A stretch of DNA of 64,000 nucleotides from the NCBI GenBank assembly GCA_045537235.1, contig JAZSPB010000175.1:2811-66810 (forward strand), written 5' to 3'. Positions 39,601 to 48,808 of this stretch are shown one piece after another; positions within the stretch are counted from its first letter, which is position 1; each line of letters begins with the position of its first letter. A model generated the notes under the pieces. The model was not told the DNA's origin. It did not search any database and saw only the letters and a list, made by a program, of their open reading frames with translations. The translations under genes were made by a program, and so were the position numbers. Source of the stretch: Eubacteriales bacterium (lineage in GTDB: Bacteria; Bacillota; Clostridia; Oscillospirales; CAG-272).

Positions 39601-41817
39601 TCAATAAATGCGAATCTCGGGTATTATCACCCTTTCGTTGTCTGCGGTTTTCGTAATCATTACGCGCAGTGAGGTAGTATTTTTCGGCTCAAAATCAACA
39701 ACTACGTTCCTGTAAATGTTTCCTTTAACGGAGGCAACTTCTTGCCAAGTCTCATCAATGAATGCAAAAATCAAAAAGTCCTCTACCAATTTTTCTGCGA
39801 CTGGCTGTTCCATATATCCATATCTGTATTTATCGAACGGAATATCAAATGTTAAGCGAACCTGATGTACACTCACAGGACGATCAAACGCAAACTCTAT
39901 GCTTTGCGGAAGTTCCACATCCGATATCCAGGCGTATTTCTTACCTTCTCCGTTCCAAACGATTCCGTTTGAAACATTCTCGGGAGCCCCCCATTCGGTG
40001 TGAGACGTTGCGGTTATCTTCGCAGTCAGCGCAAGGTCTTCTTTGTCATGGTTATAGACTCCCGGAATTAACATTCCATCTTTCAAAAGCATCTGCTGAA
40101 GCTCGTCGATATGAATTTTCCTTATTTCTCTTGGCGTTGCATTTCTCTTTTTACAAAGATACGCCGCCGTCCCCACCGCTTGCCCCATTGTTCCTGCGGT
40201 AAGCTGAACTCTTGCGGGTCCAAGCCCAATGTGGGTTACGCTGATACATCTGCCTGCCATCATCAGATTATTTATATTTTCAGAATAAAGCGCCCCGAAC
40301 GGTATCGGTGTTATTGGTACCGCTTTATTGACTGTGAACTTTCCTTTTTCTCCCGAAAAAAGCCCCCGAGGATGATGTACATCTATATTCCAGCCACAAT
40401 ATCCTACCGCATCAAGAAATTCCTTTCCTTCTATATAGTCGTTTTCGGAAATTATGTAATCCCCAATGATCCGCCTTGACTCACGCTTAGCATTATATGT
40501 GCCAATTCTTTTCAAAGCGTAATTTCGGGTGCTGTCTTTTCCGCTAAAGGAGTTTTTCAGCCAATTAAAATATCCAAGCGACAGCCTGATCATGGAATCC
40601 CTTACGAACTCACTCTCAAACAAATCATCGTAATCGTTTGGCATCTCAAGCCACCATTCTCCACATTCGTATTTTGAAGGAATTCTGCCGAGCTTCTCCC
40701 CTTCCGGAAGTTTGAACGCCCATTCCGGAGCGTTAAATTCATTGGGCAAATCTGCTTTCTCTGCAAGAAAACCGCAAACAGTAAGACCACTACCGTGATG
40801 CATTACCGTATTACAGCCACTCATTGTATTTCCGTCGGCATACTCAGGAGCAAAGGATTCGTTATGCTGAAACTTCGCCTCTCTTCCTACACGATAATTG
40901 GCCCCCGCATAATATCCGAGCCAACCATCGCCGGTAGCATCAACGAAAAGTGGTGCTCTGAGCTTATACTCGCTCATATCCAGCGTATTCACGGCAAAAA
41001 TCTCAGTTATCCTGCCGTTTTCTGCTGTAGCGTCAAATACCAATGTGTTCAAATAGATATCAAGATTTTTCTCCATCGACGAAAAATAAGAGAAGGCCTC
41101 CGACCAGCTGATGTCATGCTTGTGCTTATAGCTTTTTATCTCGAAAACAATTCCCGTTTCGTGAAAGCCTCTATGCGCCGAGCCATCCAACGAAATATTG
41201 GCCTCCTCCGAGGCATTACCGCCAAGGCAGGGTCTATCATTTATAAGAGCGGTTTTCAGCCCGTATCTTGCAGCGCTTATTGCGGCAACTATACCGCCGA
41301 CACCCGCCCCCACTACTATAAGATCATAATCACCTAAATCCTGCGGTTTATTTTTGATGCTCTTCATTTCGGTACGTTGCCTTTTGAGCATGCTCAACTC
41401 TCTTGAAGGAGTGAAATTATAATCATTTGTCATAACAACAGCAGAAAATCTTGCAAACCAGCCGCATGTATCATAAATTTTTAGAGTGTGCTTACCCGGC
41501 AGAAGTTCAAAATCTCCACCCACCTCAAAATACCAATCTCTAACATTCATGATTCCCGATACATGCTTTGATCGAATTCCGTCTATTTCACTCAACAGTC
41601 CGTCCGCTTTATATTCCGAGCACCAATTTTTTGTTCTGATAAAGAGTCGGTATCTTCCTCCTTCCGAAATATGAAAGGTAACCTCAGCCGGCTTCACAGC
41701 TTCTCCAACTCCGTTTGCCATAAGATATGCCTGCCCCATCTCGCGCACAAACTGAGTTTCGAGTATAAATCCACCGTAATTGTCAAATTCCGATGCATCG
41801 ATCCATATCTTTTCCAT
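39601..41817 (-). CDS. FAD-dependent oxidoreductase with C-terminal beta-sandwich
   Basis: VVGAGVGG, LGGNASEE, DATGDG, RESRRIIGDY, AGRCIS, MGQAVGTAA. Confidence 0.88.
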   Translation of the reverse strand: MEKIWIDASEFDNYGGFILETQFVREMGQAYLMANGVGEAVKPAEVTFHISEGGRYRLFIRTKNWCSEYKADGLLSEIDGIRSKHVSGIMNVRDWYFEVGGDFELLPGKHTLKIYDTCGWFARFSAVVMTNDYNFTPSRELSMLKRQRTEMKSIKNKPQDLGDYDLIVVGAGVGGIVAAISAARYGLKTALINDRPCLGGNASEEANISLDGSAHRGFHETGIVFEIKSYKHKHDISWSEAFSYFSSMEKNLDIYLNTLVFDATAENGRITEIFAVNTLDMSEYKLRAPLFVDATGDGWLGYYAGANYRVGREAKFQHNESFAPEYADGNTMSGCNTVMHHGSGLTVCGFLAEKADLPNEFNAPEWAFKLPEGEKLGRIPSKYECGEWWLEMPNDYDDLFESEFVRDSMIRLSLGYFNWLKNSFSGKDSTRNYALKRIGTYNAKRESRRIIGDYIISENDYIEGKEFLDAVGYCGWNIDVHHPRGLFSGEKGKFTVNKAVPITPIPFGALYSENINNLMMAGRCISVTHIGLGPARVQLTAGTMGQAVGTAAYLCKKRNATPREIRKIHIDELQQMLLKDGMLIPGVYNHDKEDLALTAKITATSHTEWGAPENVSNGIVWNGEGKKYAWISDVELPQSIEFAFDRPVSVHQVRLTFDIPFDKYRYGYMEQPVAEKLVEDFLIFAFIDETWQEVASVKGNIYRNVVVDFEPKNTTSLRVMITKTADNERVIIPEIRIY

Positions 41818-41887
41818 TTTCACCCTCCAAAATTTAAAGTTTTAAATAAAAAACTTTGACTTTTCTTTATTTTAGCACTATAATGGA

Positions 41888-42071
41888 TTTGGAAACTTTG
41901 ATTTTGTGCTGTATTACTTTGAAGCCGAGGTTAATTGGATGAAAAACATTGAATCATTGATAAATTACATATATACTGGTTATAAAAAACAACTCAATTC
42001 AAATGTAATCCGTATACAAAGAATGTCGATTTTCGGAAAATTCTGAGGCATCAACAATAGTTGAGATCGGA
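41888..42071 (+). pseudogene. Diverged, frameshifted duplicate of the upstream region and 5' end of the adjacent AraC gene
   Basis: Aligns with 42103-42281 (ATGAAAAACATTGAATCATTGATAAATTACATATAT vs ATGAAAAGCATTGAATTATTGATAAATTACATATAT). Confidence 0.8.
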
Positions 42072-42153
42072 TGTAGCCATATAGATGTAGCCATATAATC
42101 AATTTGAAAACTTTGATTTTGCGCTGTATAACTTTGAAACAGAGGTTAATTGA

Positions 42154-43041
42154 ATGAAAAGCATTGAATTATTGATAAATTACATATATATTTTAAAAAA
42201 GCAGTTGAATTTAGATATAATCATTTACAAAGAATGTCGCTTCCTGGAAAATTCTGAGTTAGCAAAAATAACGGAGATCGGAAAATGGCATACAAACCCC
42301 TATTGCCTCAAAATCAAAGAGAACGCAAATCTTCAAAATCAATGTGTGTCTCTAAAACCTGCATTCGTTAGAAAAATACTAAAGGGAAACGGCGTTGTAA
42401 AAAGCACCTGTTTTTGCGGTGTGACCGAATACGCAATTCCGTTGGTAATCGACGGGTATCTTGTTGCTATTGTTTCCGCCTCTGCTTTTCTCGGAAAAAT
42501 TGAGGACGGGAGGATCGAGGCTTTAAGCAAAAGTGTCGGTCTTGATAAGGAAAGTTTTTTAAAACTTAGAGAAAAATGCCTTTCTGAAGTGCACGAAGAA
42601 AGAATGGTTATGAACGCTGTGGAAATACTGAGAGATCTGCTTTTCAATTACATCAATGAGCACACAGATATCCCCGAAAAAATTGCCAAAAGCCGGTTAA
42701 AAAGCAACATCCATATTCTGAAAGCCACAGATTATATATACAAAAACTTCACAATGCCAATAGATGCGGCTGCGGTTGCTAACTACTGTCACGTAAACGT
42801 TTCTTACCTACAGCATCTTTTTTCGGATATCGTTGGTCACGGAATATCAGAGGAGATACGAATATGCCGCTTAAATTATGCAAAGGAGCTTTTATGCACT
42901 ACGGACTATTCAGTAAAGCATATTTCCATTCTTTGCGGGTTCTCCTCTCCGGATTATTTTTCAACCGTATTCACAAAACGCTGTGGTGCACGCCCGCTTG
43001 AGTACAGAAAGATGCAAGGCATAAAACATCGTCCTTATTAG
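42154..43041 (+). CDS. AraC-family regulator with PocR-like sensor domain
   Basis: HTNPYCLKIK...TCFCGVTEYAIP; VKHISILCGFSSPDYFSTVFTKRCGARPLEYR. Confidence 0.88.
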   Translation: MKSIELLINYIYILKKQLNLDIIIYKECRFLENSELAKITEIGKWHTNPYCLKIKENANLQNQCVSLKPAFVRKILKGNGVVKSTCFCGVTEYAIPLVIDGYLVAIVSASAFLGKIEDGRIEALSKSVGLDKESFLKLREKCLSEVHEERMVMNAVEILRDLLFNYINEHTDIPEKIAKSRLKSNIHILKATDYIYKNFTMPIDAAAVANYCHVNVSYLQHLFSDIVGHGISEEIRICRLNYAKELLCTTDYSVKHISILCGFSSPDYFSTVFTKRCGARPLEYRKMQGIKHRPY

Positions 43042-43214
43042 AGTGTATTCTTACTTCCATTCTTTATGCAACGGCAAATTGATGTGCTATAATGTATACC
43101 TTTCTAACGCCAATGGAAATCAATTGCGCAAAATCAAAGATGAACTGCAAAAAATCAATATGGATTTGAATTTATTTATATAATATTTTATTCAATCAAA
43201 GGAGAGGATAAAAA

Positions 43215-44447
43215 ATGAAGCATCTGAATTTTGTTATATGCGGAACCGGTTACCGCGGCTCCGGGCTGAGTAAAAAGGTGATCTGCGAGCTGGAGGATGT
43301 CAGCATCATCGGCGTTTGCGATGTATACGAAGACAAGGCGGAGTCCCTTGCCAATGCTCTTGTGGAAAAAACCGGCACCCGCCCCGTCGTTTACACCGAC
43401 ACACAAAAAATGTTCCGCGAGCTGAAGCCCGATGCCGCTCTCGTGTCCACCAGCTGGAAGACCCATATTCAAGTGGCGATTCAGGCCATGGAATGCGGCG
43501 TGGCGGTGGCCATGGAGGTTGGCGGCGCGTATTCCGAGGAAGAATGCCGCGCCCTTGTAGACACCCAGCGGCGCACGGGAGTTCCCTTTATGTTTATGGA
43601 GAATTGTTGCTACAACAAGGACGAGCTCCTGGCTACCTCCCTTGCGCGCAACGGCTTATTCGGGCGCATGGTATACTGCCACGGCAGTTATGCCCACGAC
43701 CTTCGTCGTGAGGTTGCCTACGGTGATCGGAATCGGCACTACCGCTTGGAGGAATATTCCACCCGAAACCGTGAAAACTACCCCACCCACGAGCTGGGCC
43801 CCATCGCTCGTCTGCTGGGCATCAACCGCGGCAACCGCATGGTGTCGCTGGTATCGAGCGCCTCGGGCGCCTTCGGGCTACATGACTACGTTCAGCAAAA
43901 GCCCGAACTTGCTTATCTGCATGACCGGGAATTTCCCCAGGCCGACATTGTGGAAACGTTGATCACCTGCGAGAACGGCGAGCTGATCAGCCTCCGACTC
44001 GACACCACCCTTCCCCATTTTTATTCCCGTGAGTTTACCGTGCGCGGCACGCGCGGCATGTATAATCAGGACAACAACATGGTGTTCCTGGATGGGGAAA
44101 AGGAAACCTTCGACACCGTCGCCACCATTCGCGAAATGAATAACAATGCAGAGCAATACAGTGACTACCTTCCCGATATCTGGCGCGACATCGACGAGGA
44201 GACTCGCAAAAAGGGACACGGCGGCATGGACTATTTTGAGTTCGTTGAGTTTGTAAAAGCCCTTCGCGAGGGCACCGAAATGCCCATCGATGTATACGAT
44301 GCCGCCTCGTGGATGTCGATCGCCTATCTTTCGGAGCAGTCCATCGCCCTCGGCGGCGCATCGGTTCCCGTGCCCGATTTTACCGACGGCGCGTACAAAA
44401 GCAGAGAGAACCGCGACGTTCTCCCCCTCCCCAAAATCAACAACTAG
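43215..44447 (+). CDS. Gfo/Idh/MocA oxidoreductase, GH109-like NAD-dependent glycosidase
   Basis: GTGYRG, MENCCY, YPTHELGP, GHGGMD, DVYDAASW. Confidence 0.85.
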   Translation: MKHLNFVICGTGYRGSGLSKKVICELEDVSIIGVCDVYEDKAESLANALVEKTGTRPVVYTDTQKMFRELKPDAALVSTSWKTHIQVAIQAMECGVAVAMEVGGAYSEEECRALVDTQRRTGVPFMFMENCCYNKDELLATSLARNGLFGRMVYCHGSYAHDLRREVAYGDRNRHYRLEEYSTRNRENYPTHELGPIARLLGINRGNRMVSLVSSASGAFGLHDYVQQKPELAYLHDREFPQADIVETLITCENGELISLRLDTTLPHFYSREFTVRGTRGMYNQDNNMVFLDGEKETFDTVATIREMNNNAEQYSDYLPDIWRDIDEETRKKGHGGMDYFEFVEFVKALREGTEMPIDVYDAASWMSIAYLSEQSIALGGASVPVPDFTDGAYKSRENRDVLPLPKINN

Positions 44448-44494
44448 AAGTGCTGTTCCCCGCTCAAGAGGACTGATCGGAGATATTTTAAAAG

Positions 44495-44675
44495 TTTCCA
44501 GTTTGGCTTCCTTTTCAGCTTCCGGTTGAGCCCTTGGAAAACATGGAAAGTTCCATAAAAGTTCCATAACTTGAGGCTATTTGAGCCTTATGAAGCCAAA
44601 AAAGAAGAGCAGACCAAAATCTGCTCTTCGGTGCTATAAAGCCTTATGTTACTTGAGGTTGTGGGATTACTTGAA
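44495..44675 (+). repeat. Family D att-like repeat, copy D1
   Basis: TTTGGCTTCC, TGGAAAGTTCCATAAAAGTTCCATA, then AAAAGAAGAGCAGACCAAAATCTGCTCTT...AAAGCCTTATGTTACTTGAGGT shared with 60362 and 62291. Confidence 0.8.
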
Positions 44676-44984
44676 AGCGTTGAATTGCCACAGCTTTTCA
44701 AATTTTTTGTTTGAGTCCACGATAATCGAAAGGTTAGTGGCGGGGTGGTATGCTATGGTTCTGAAGTGATTTGCCTTGTTGTTTTCCTCCTATGTCAAAG
44801 TGTCAGTTTCTTTCCAATCACGCTTATCTTAAATATTTATTTATCTTCTGTACCGATGTGCCAGCACTTTTGTCGTCCTTTTGTCACGGTTTCCATTCAC
44901 TCAAGTAATCTCTGTCATTCAAACATACCCGGCATCATTCCCGACCTATCTCTGTGATATGTAGTCATTCTCGGCGAGGAAGAT

Positions 44985-45740
44985 TTAGTTGTTCAGCATC
45001 CACTCCAAAGCACCCTGCATATGAAGATCCCACCATTTCCAAGAGTGATCTCCCTCGGAGGTCTCAAACGTATGAGCCACACCAAGCTCGGTTAAGTGTC
45101 GGTCAAACGAGCGATTCACATCAATCAAGTGATCCTCCGTTCCACACCACATATAAAGCTTGGGAAGCTGCTTCCCTTCACTTTTGGCTTTTGAGGTAAG
45201 CGCGTACAGATCGTGTCGGCTTCCCTCCAGCTCCAGAGGGCTATTCATATCAAAGCCAAAGATACTCCGCCACTCGTTTATATCGCAAGGTCGTCCCTTT
45301 CTCGTGATATCCAACGATCCCGACAGCGAAATACAACAACCGTACCTTTCCGGGTAGGAAAATGCCACCTTCATAGCACCGTAGCCCCCCATTGAGATTC
45401 CTGCCGCTATATTATCTTCGCGCCTTTGGCTCATTTGGCTGAAGGTCCTGAAGCACACCTCGGGTAACTCTTTCGTGATGAAGGAAAAATAATTAGCACC
45501 GTATGCGGTATCGGTATACCAGCTTCGGTCCACATTTGGCATAATCACCGCAAGACTATGCTTTTTCGCATATTGCTCAATGGCGGTATTTCTCATCCAA
45601 CCGGTCTGGTTGCCTCCAAGTCCGTGCAACAGCCACATCGTTTTATACGGAGGATCATTTTTACTCTCATCAGGAAGCAAAACATATACCTGCGTCTGGC
45701 ATTTCAACTCAGCGGATCTAAAATTCATTTCCAAAAACAT
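44985..45740 (-). CDS. Esterase family protein (tributyrin esterase-like alpha/beta hydrolase)
   Basis: LLHGLGG, GISMGG nucleophile motif, CGTED, GDHSWKWWD. Confidence 0.9.
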   Translation of the reverse strand: MFLEMNFRSAELKCQTQVYVLLPDESKNDPPYKTMWLLHGLGGNQTGWMRNTAIEQYAKKHSLAVIMPNVDRSWYTDTAYGANYFSFITKELPEVCFRTFSQMSQRREDNIAAGISMGGYGAMKVAFSYPERYGCCISLSGSLDITRKGRPCDINEWRSIFGFDMNSPLELEGSRHDLYALTSKAKSEGKQLPKLYMWCGTEDHLIDVNRSFDRHLTELGVAHTFETSEGDHSWKWWDLHMQGALEWMLNN

Positions 45741-45866
45741 ATTGCAAAATCTCCTCAAGCAACGATATAACCAGTTATAGCACTATTTCACCGATTTGTC
45801 AACAAGCACGAGGCACTTTGCCTTTGATTTGACCTGAATTTTATCGCGACGCAGCGAATAAAAACA

Positions 45867-48779
45867 TCATATGCGCCAACGGAACACCGCGTAACCGCAA
45901 GCATCCAGATGGATACGGAGCTTTACTACACTTCCGTCGGTCTCGCGGCTGATCAGCGTAGCGCCGGCCGAATCGGAAAGATCCATGGGCGCATTGATAA
46001 ACCGATATTCCTTCTCGGGGAAGGACAGCTCGACCTCGGCTTTTTCCTTGCCGCTATTTACCGCAAAAAGACACCGTTCACCACTCACATCCTCCCACGC
46101 GGAGGCCACCACCGTCTTTTCGTGGTTCAAATATCTGCCGCGCAAATAGGGCTCGGTATCCAAAAGCGCCATCTTTCCCTCCACCATCGGCGGACGGAGC
46201 ATTTCTGCCTCGGCAAAGAATTCCGCAAAACGGTAGCGGAGCTGTGCCATCTTTTTAAGAAACGGAAATTGCTCCTTATCGTCGACGATCTCGGGATGGA
46301 TCCAGCCAAGCTGCTGACCGTACATCAGGGCTTGCGCGGTCTGGAAGCGGAAATAGTCTGCGTCATCCCTCTTATCGAGGGTGATCACACGGCCAAAAAG
46401 CGCGGTTCTTCCGCCGTATACCGCAGGAAAGGCAGGCACAGTATCGGGTTGTACCCATGTCCAGGCAAGATAGCCGTCCAACGCCGCCGCATATACCTCG
46501 GAAACCGACTCACTAACCAGGGCAAAATCCTCGGGCAGATCGGCGCGAAGTCCTGCCAAAAGCTCGGCATAGGCACGCCACCAGTAGCTTCCGAAGCCGG
46601 GGGCGTGCAGGTGAGTATCGTCATAGCAGCAGTTATAAGCCGCCGACACCACATCAAGATAGATGCCGTCCACGCTGTAATCCTCGCGGAGCTTTCGGCA
46701 CAGATAGCGCAACTCATCCTTCCAGAACGCCGTTGTGGGACACATTCTGGCAAAGCGAACAGGGCTTCCGTCAGGCTCATTGGTTGCATGGGAATTGGCT
46801 ATGACATCTCCTGCCGCATTTTTAGCGGTGTTTGGTAAGGCCTCCGCCGCAAATCGGAAATCCTTTTCCCGATTATCGTGCTCGTCCCACGAATACCCCG
46901 AAACGTAGGGAATGATGCGGATATCCTCTTTTTTCATCGCCTCGACCCCTTCCTTGAAATCGCGGTGGGCGGGGAAATAATGGGGATTGTCATTATTGAA
47001 GGGAACCCAATGCCAATTGTAAACGTGATATGCCACGGGAACACCGATCTCACGGCGGAACCGAATGGCTTTGCGATACCAATCGCTGTCATTCACATCG
47101 GGATACTTGTCGCGGAGCGTGATGGGTGTGGGCTGGGAATCGGGATTTTCGTTGGGCAAAAAATGCATGATCCACACAGGCATTTCGCGGATCCACTGCG
47201 GTGAATCGTGCCGTCCGCGGAGTCTCGGGAACCATGCGGCCTCGGTATGCACAAATGATTTATATATCTGCACGGCATCAAACCAATCACCCCCAAATGC
47301 TTGCAACACCAGCTTGCCCGGCAGGGTGAAGGAATTGCCCGCTTGCCGTCCGTAGGTCGCCTGACAATTGGCACCCAAAAGTGTGCAATCGCTCTGTGCG
47401 GAGCCTATAAGATACACCGCCTTATAATTACCATCCGCGTCATGAACGCCCATATAAACGCCCCGTCCTTCCGAATCATAAACGGCGGCAAATGCCATGG
47501 GCGCCTTGACTCCCGTGGGATATCTTCCGCAATGAACCGAGCTTGTCCGATTGAAATCACGGAGCAACATTCCACTGTCGGTAGTGACAAACGCGGTATC
47601 ACATCCCTTGACCATACATTGGGGATAGGACACGTCGGTAACTGACCACCGATCGCTTCGGTTGACCACCTTCATAGTCCATGTGATCCGATCAAGCGCC
47701 GGCTCCGCTACCGCCTCGGCGATGACCGAAATGCCGCTGATCCTTCCGTTGTCGGGATCGGACAGACAAACGCGAACGTAATTTTTTCGCTCCACAATAT
47801 CTGTCTTATCCCAGCCTGCGCCCGAATCCATAGCGACCGTTCGGCGGTATCGGTTGTCTCGGAAGCTGACGTAAAACAAGGGAGCCGCCTGTGCGCCGTC
47901 ACAAACGGTAAAGACACCGCTTTCGGTCTGCGCCAGCTTCATTTTGAGATTCCCCGAGCGAACAGCCACTTCCCTCTTGACAAAAGGAATGCTGCGAACG
48001 GGAAGCCGAGGGCGTCTGTTTTCCAGCTCCGAGAAGAATCCCCACATATCCGTTCTCTTTTCCAGCACAAACCACGCGCCAAGGCTGTTGGCATCCGAAA
48101 AATAGGAAAGATCGATGTTAAACTCTGCCATGTTGGGAAAAACCGAAACGTATTCTGCCTCTACGTTATACAACGGGTGGCTGCCGAAGATGGAAAAGCC
48201 TCCCCGCTCCCCCTCCAGCTCCAAGGCATGGCGAAACGCACGAGGACGAGTCTTGGTTCGCTCCAGCTTTTCGGGACCACGAGTACTCCGCAGCTCGTCA
48301 TAGCTCAGCGCCTCGGGATTTTTCTCTCCCACAGAAAAGGTCTTGATAAAGGGCTTGCCCTCGGCGTCATATTCATAGCCCGTGTAGTGGGACACCTCCA
48401 AGCCCTCCCACGAAACGTCCATCAGCTTTGCCGTGTATCCGTAAAGCGGCGCATCACAGCCATAATCCGCCGACAGATAAAAGGCTGCCGCCTTCTCATC
48501 AAAGGTAAAGCGGTAATTGACAAGCAGTCCGCGGATAGGTGCGCCATCCGCCTCCGAAACCGCCGCCGCACGGAGGATGACGGTATTCCCCTCGGCTCGC
48601 ATCTCGGTCTTTTCGTGAAACAGGAAAAATCTCTTTTTCTCCCGCGTCACGCAGTCGTGGAAGATCAATCGAAAATCCTTGCCGCGCGCGGAAATGGCAA
48701 CGGCAAGTGTGTGATCCTCTCGGATCGAAAAGATAACCTTGCCGCAGGTCTTGGAAGCATATACAAAGTTTTCGATCAT
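45867..48779 (-). CDS. Large DUF6259-like putative glycoside hydrolase
   Basis: GGDWFDAVQIY, YNWHWVPFNNDNPHYFP, MCPTTAFW, VDGIYLDVV, SESVSE. Confidence 0.7.
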   Translation of the reverse strand: MIENFVYASKTCGKVIFSIREDHTLAVAISARGKDFRLIFHDCVTREKKRFFLFHEKTEMRAEGNTVILRAAAVSEADGAPIRGLLVNYRFTFDEKAAAFYLSADYGCDAPLYGYTAKLMDVSWEGLEVSHYTGYEYDAEGKPFIKTFSVGEKNPEALSYDELRSTRGPEKLERTKTRPRAFRHALELEGERGGFSIFGSHPLYNVEAEYVSVFPNMAEFNIDLSYFSDANSLGAWFVLEKRTDMWGFFSELENRRPRLPVRSIPFVKREVAVRSGNLKMKLAQTESGVFTVCDGAQAAPLFYVSFRDNRYRRTVAMDSGAGWDKTDIVERKNYVRVCLSDPDNGRISGISVIAEAVAEPALDRITWTMKVVNRSDRWSVTDVSYPQCMVKGCDTAFVTTDSGMLLRDFNRTSSVHCGRYPTGVKAPMAFAAVYDSEGRGVYMGVHDADGNYKAVYLIGSAQSDCTLLGANCQATYGRQAGNSFTLPGKLVLQAFGGDWFDAVQIYKSFVHTEAAWFPRLRGRHDSPQWIREMPVWIMHFLPNENPDSQPTPITLRDKYPDVNDSDWYRKAIRFRREIGVPVAYHVYNWHWVPFNNDNPHYFPAHRDFKEGVEAMKKEDIRIIPYVSGYSWDEHDNREKDFRFAAEALPNTAKNAAGDVIANSHATNEPDGSPVRFARMCPTTAFWKDELRYLCRKLREDYSVDGIYLDVVSAAYNCCYDDTHLHAPGFGSYWWRAYAELLAGLRADLPEDFALVSESVSEVYAAALDGYLAWTWVQPDTVPAFPAVYGGRTALFGRVITLDKRDDADYFRFQTAQALMYGQQLGWIHPEIVDDKEQFPFLKKMAQLRYRFAEFFAEAEMLRPPMVEGKMALLDTEPYLRGRYLNHEKTVVASAWEDVSGERCLFAVNSGKEKAEVELSFPEKEYRFINAPMDLSDSAGATLISRETDGSVVKLRIHLDACGYAVFRWRI

Positions 48780-48808
48780 TTACAATTACCCCTTTCTTGT
48801 TATTTCAG

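Noticed and set aside
41888..42281. Duplicated segment as a DGR template/variable repeat pair
   Set aside because: Differences are not confined to adenines, include indels, and cover non-coding and N-terminal sequence.
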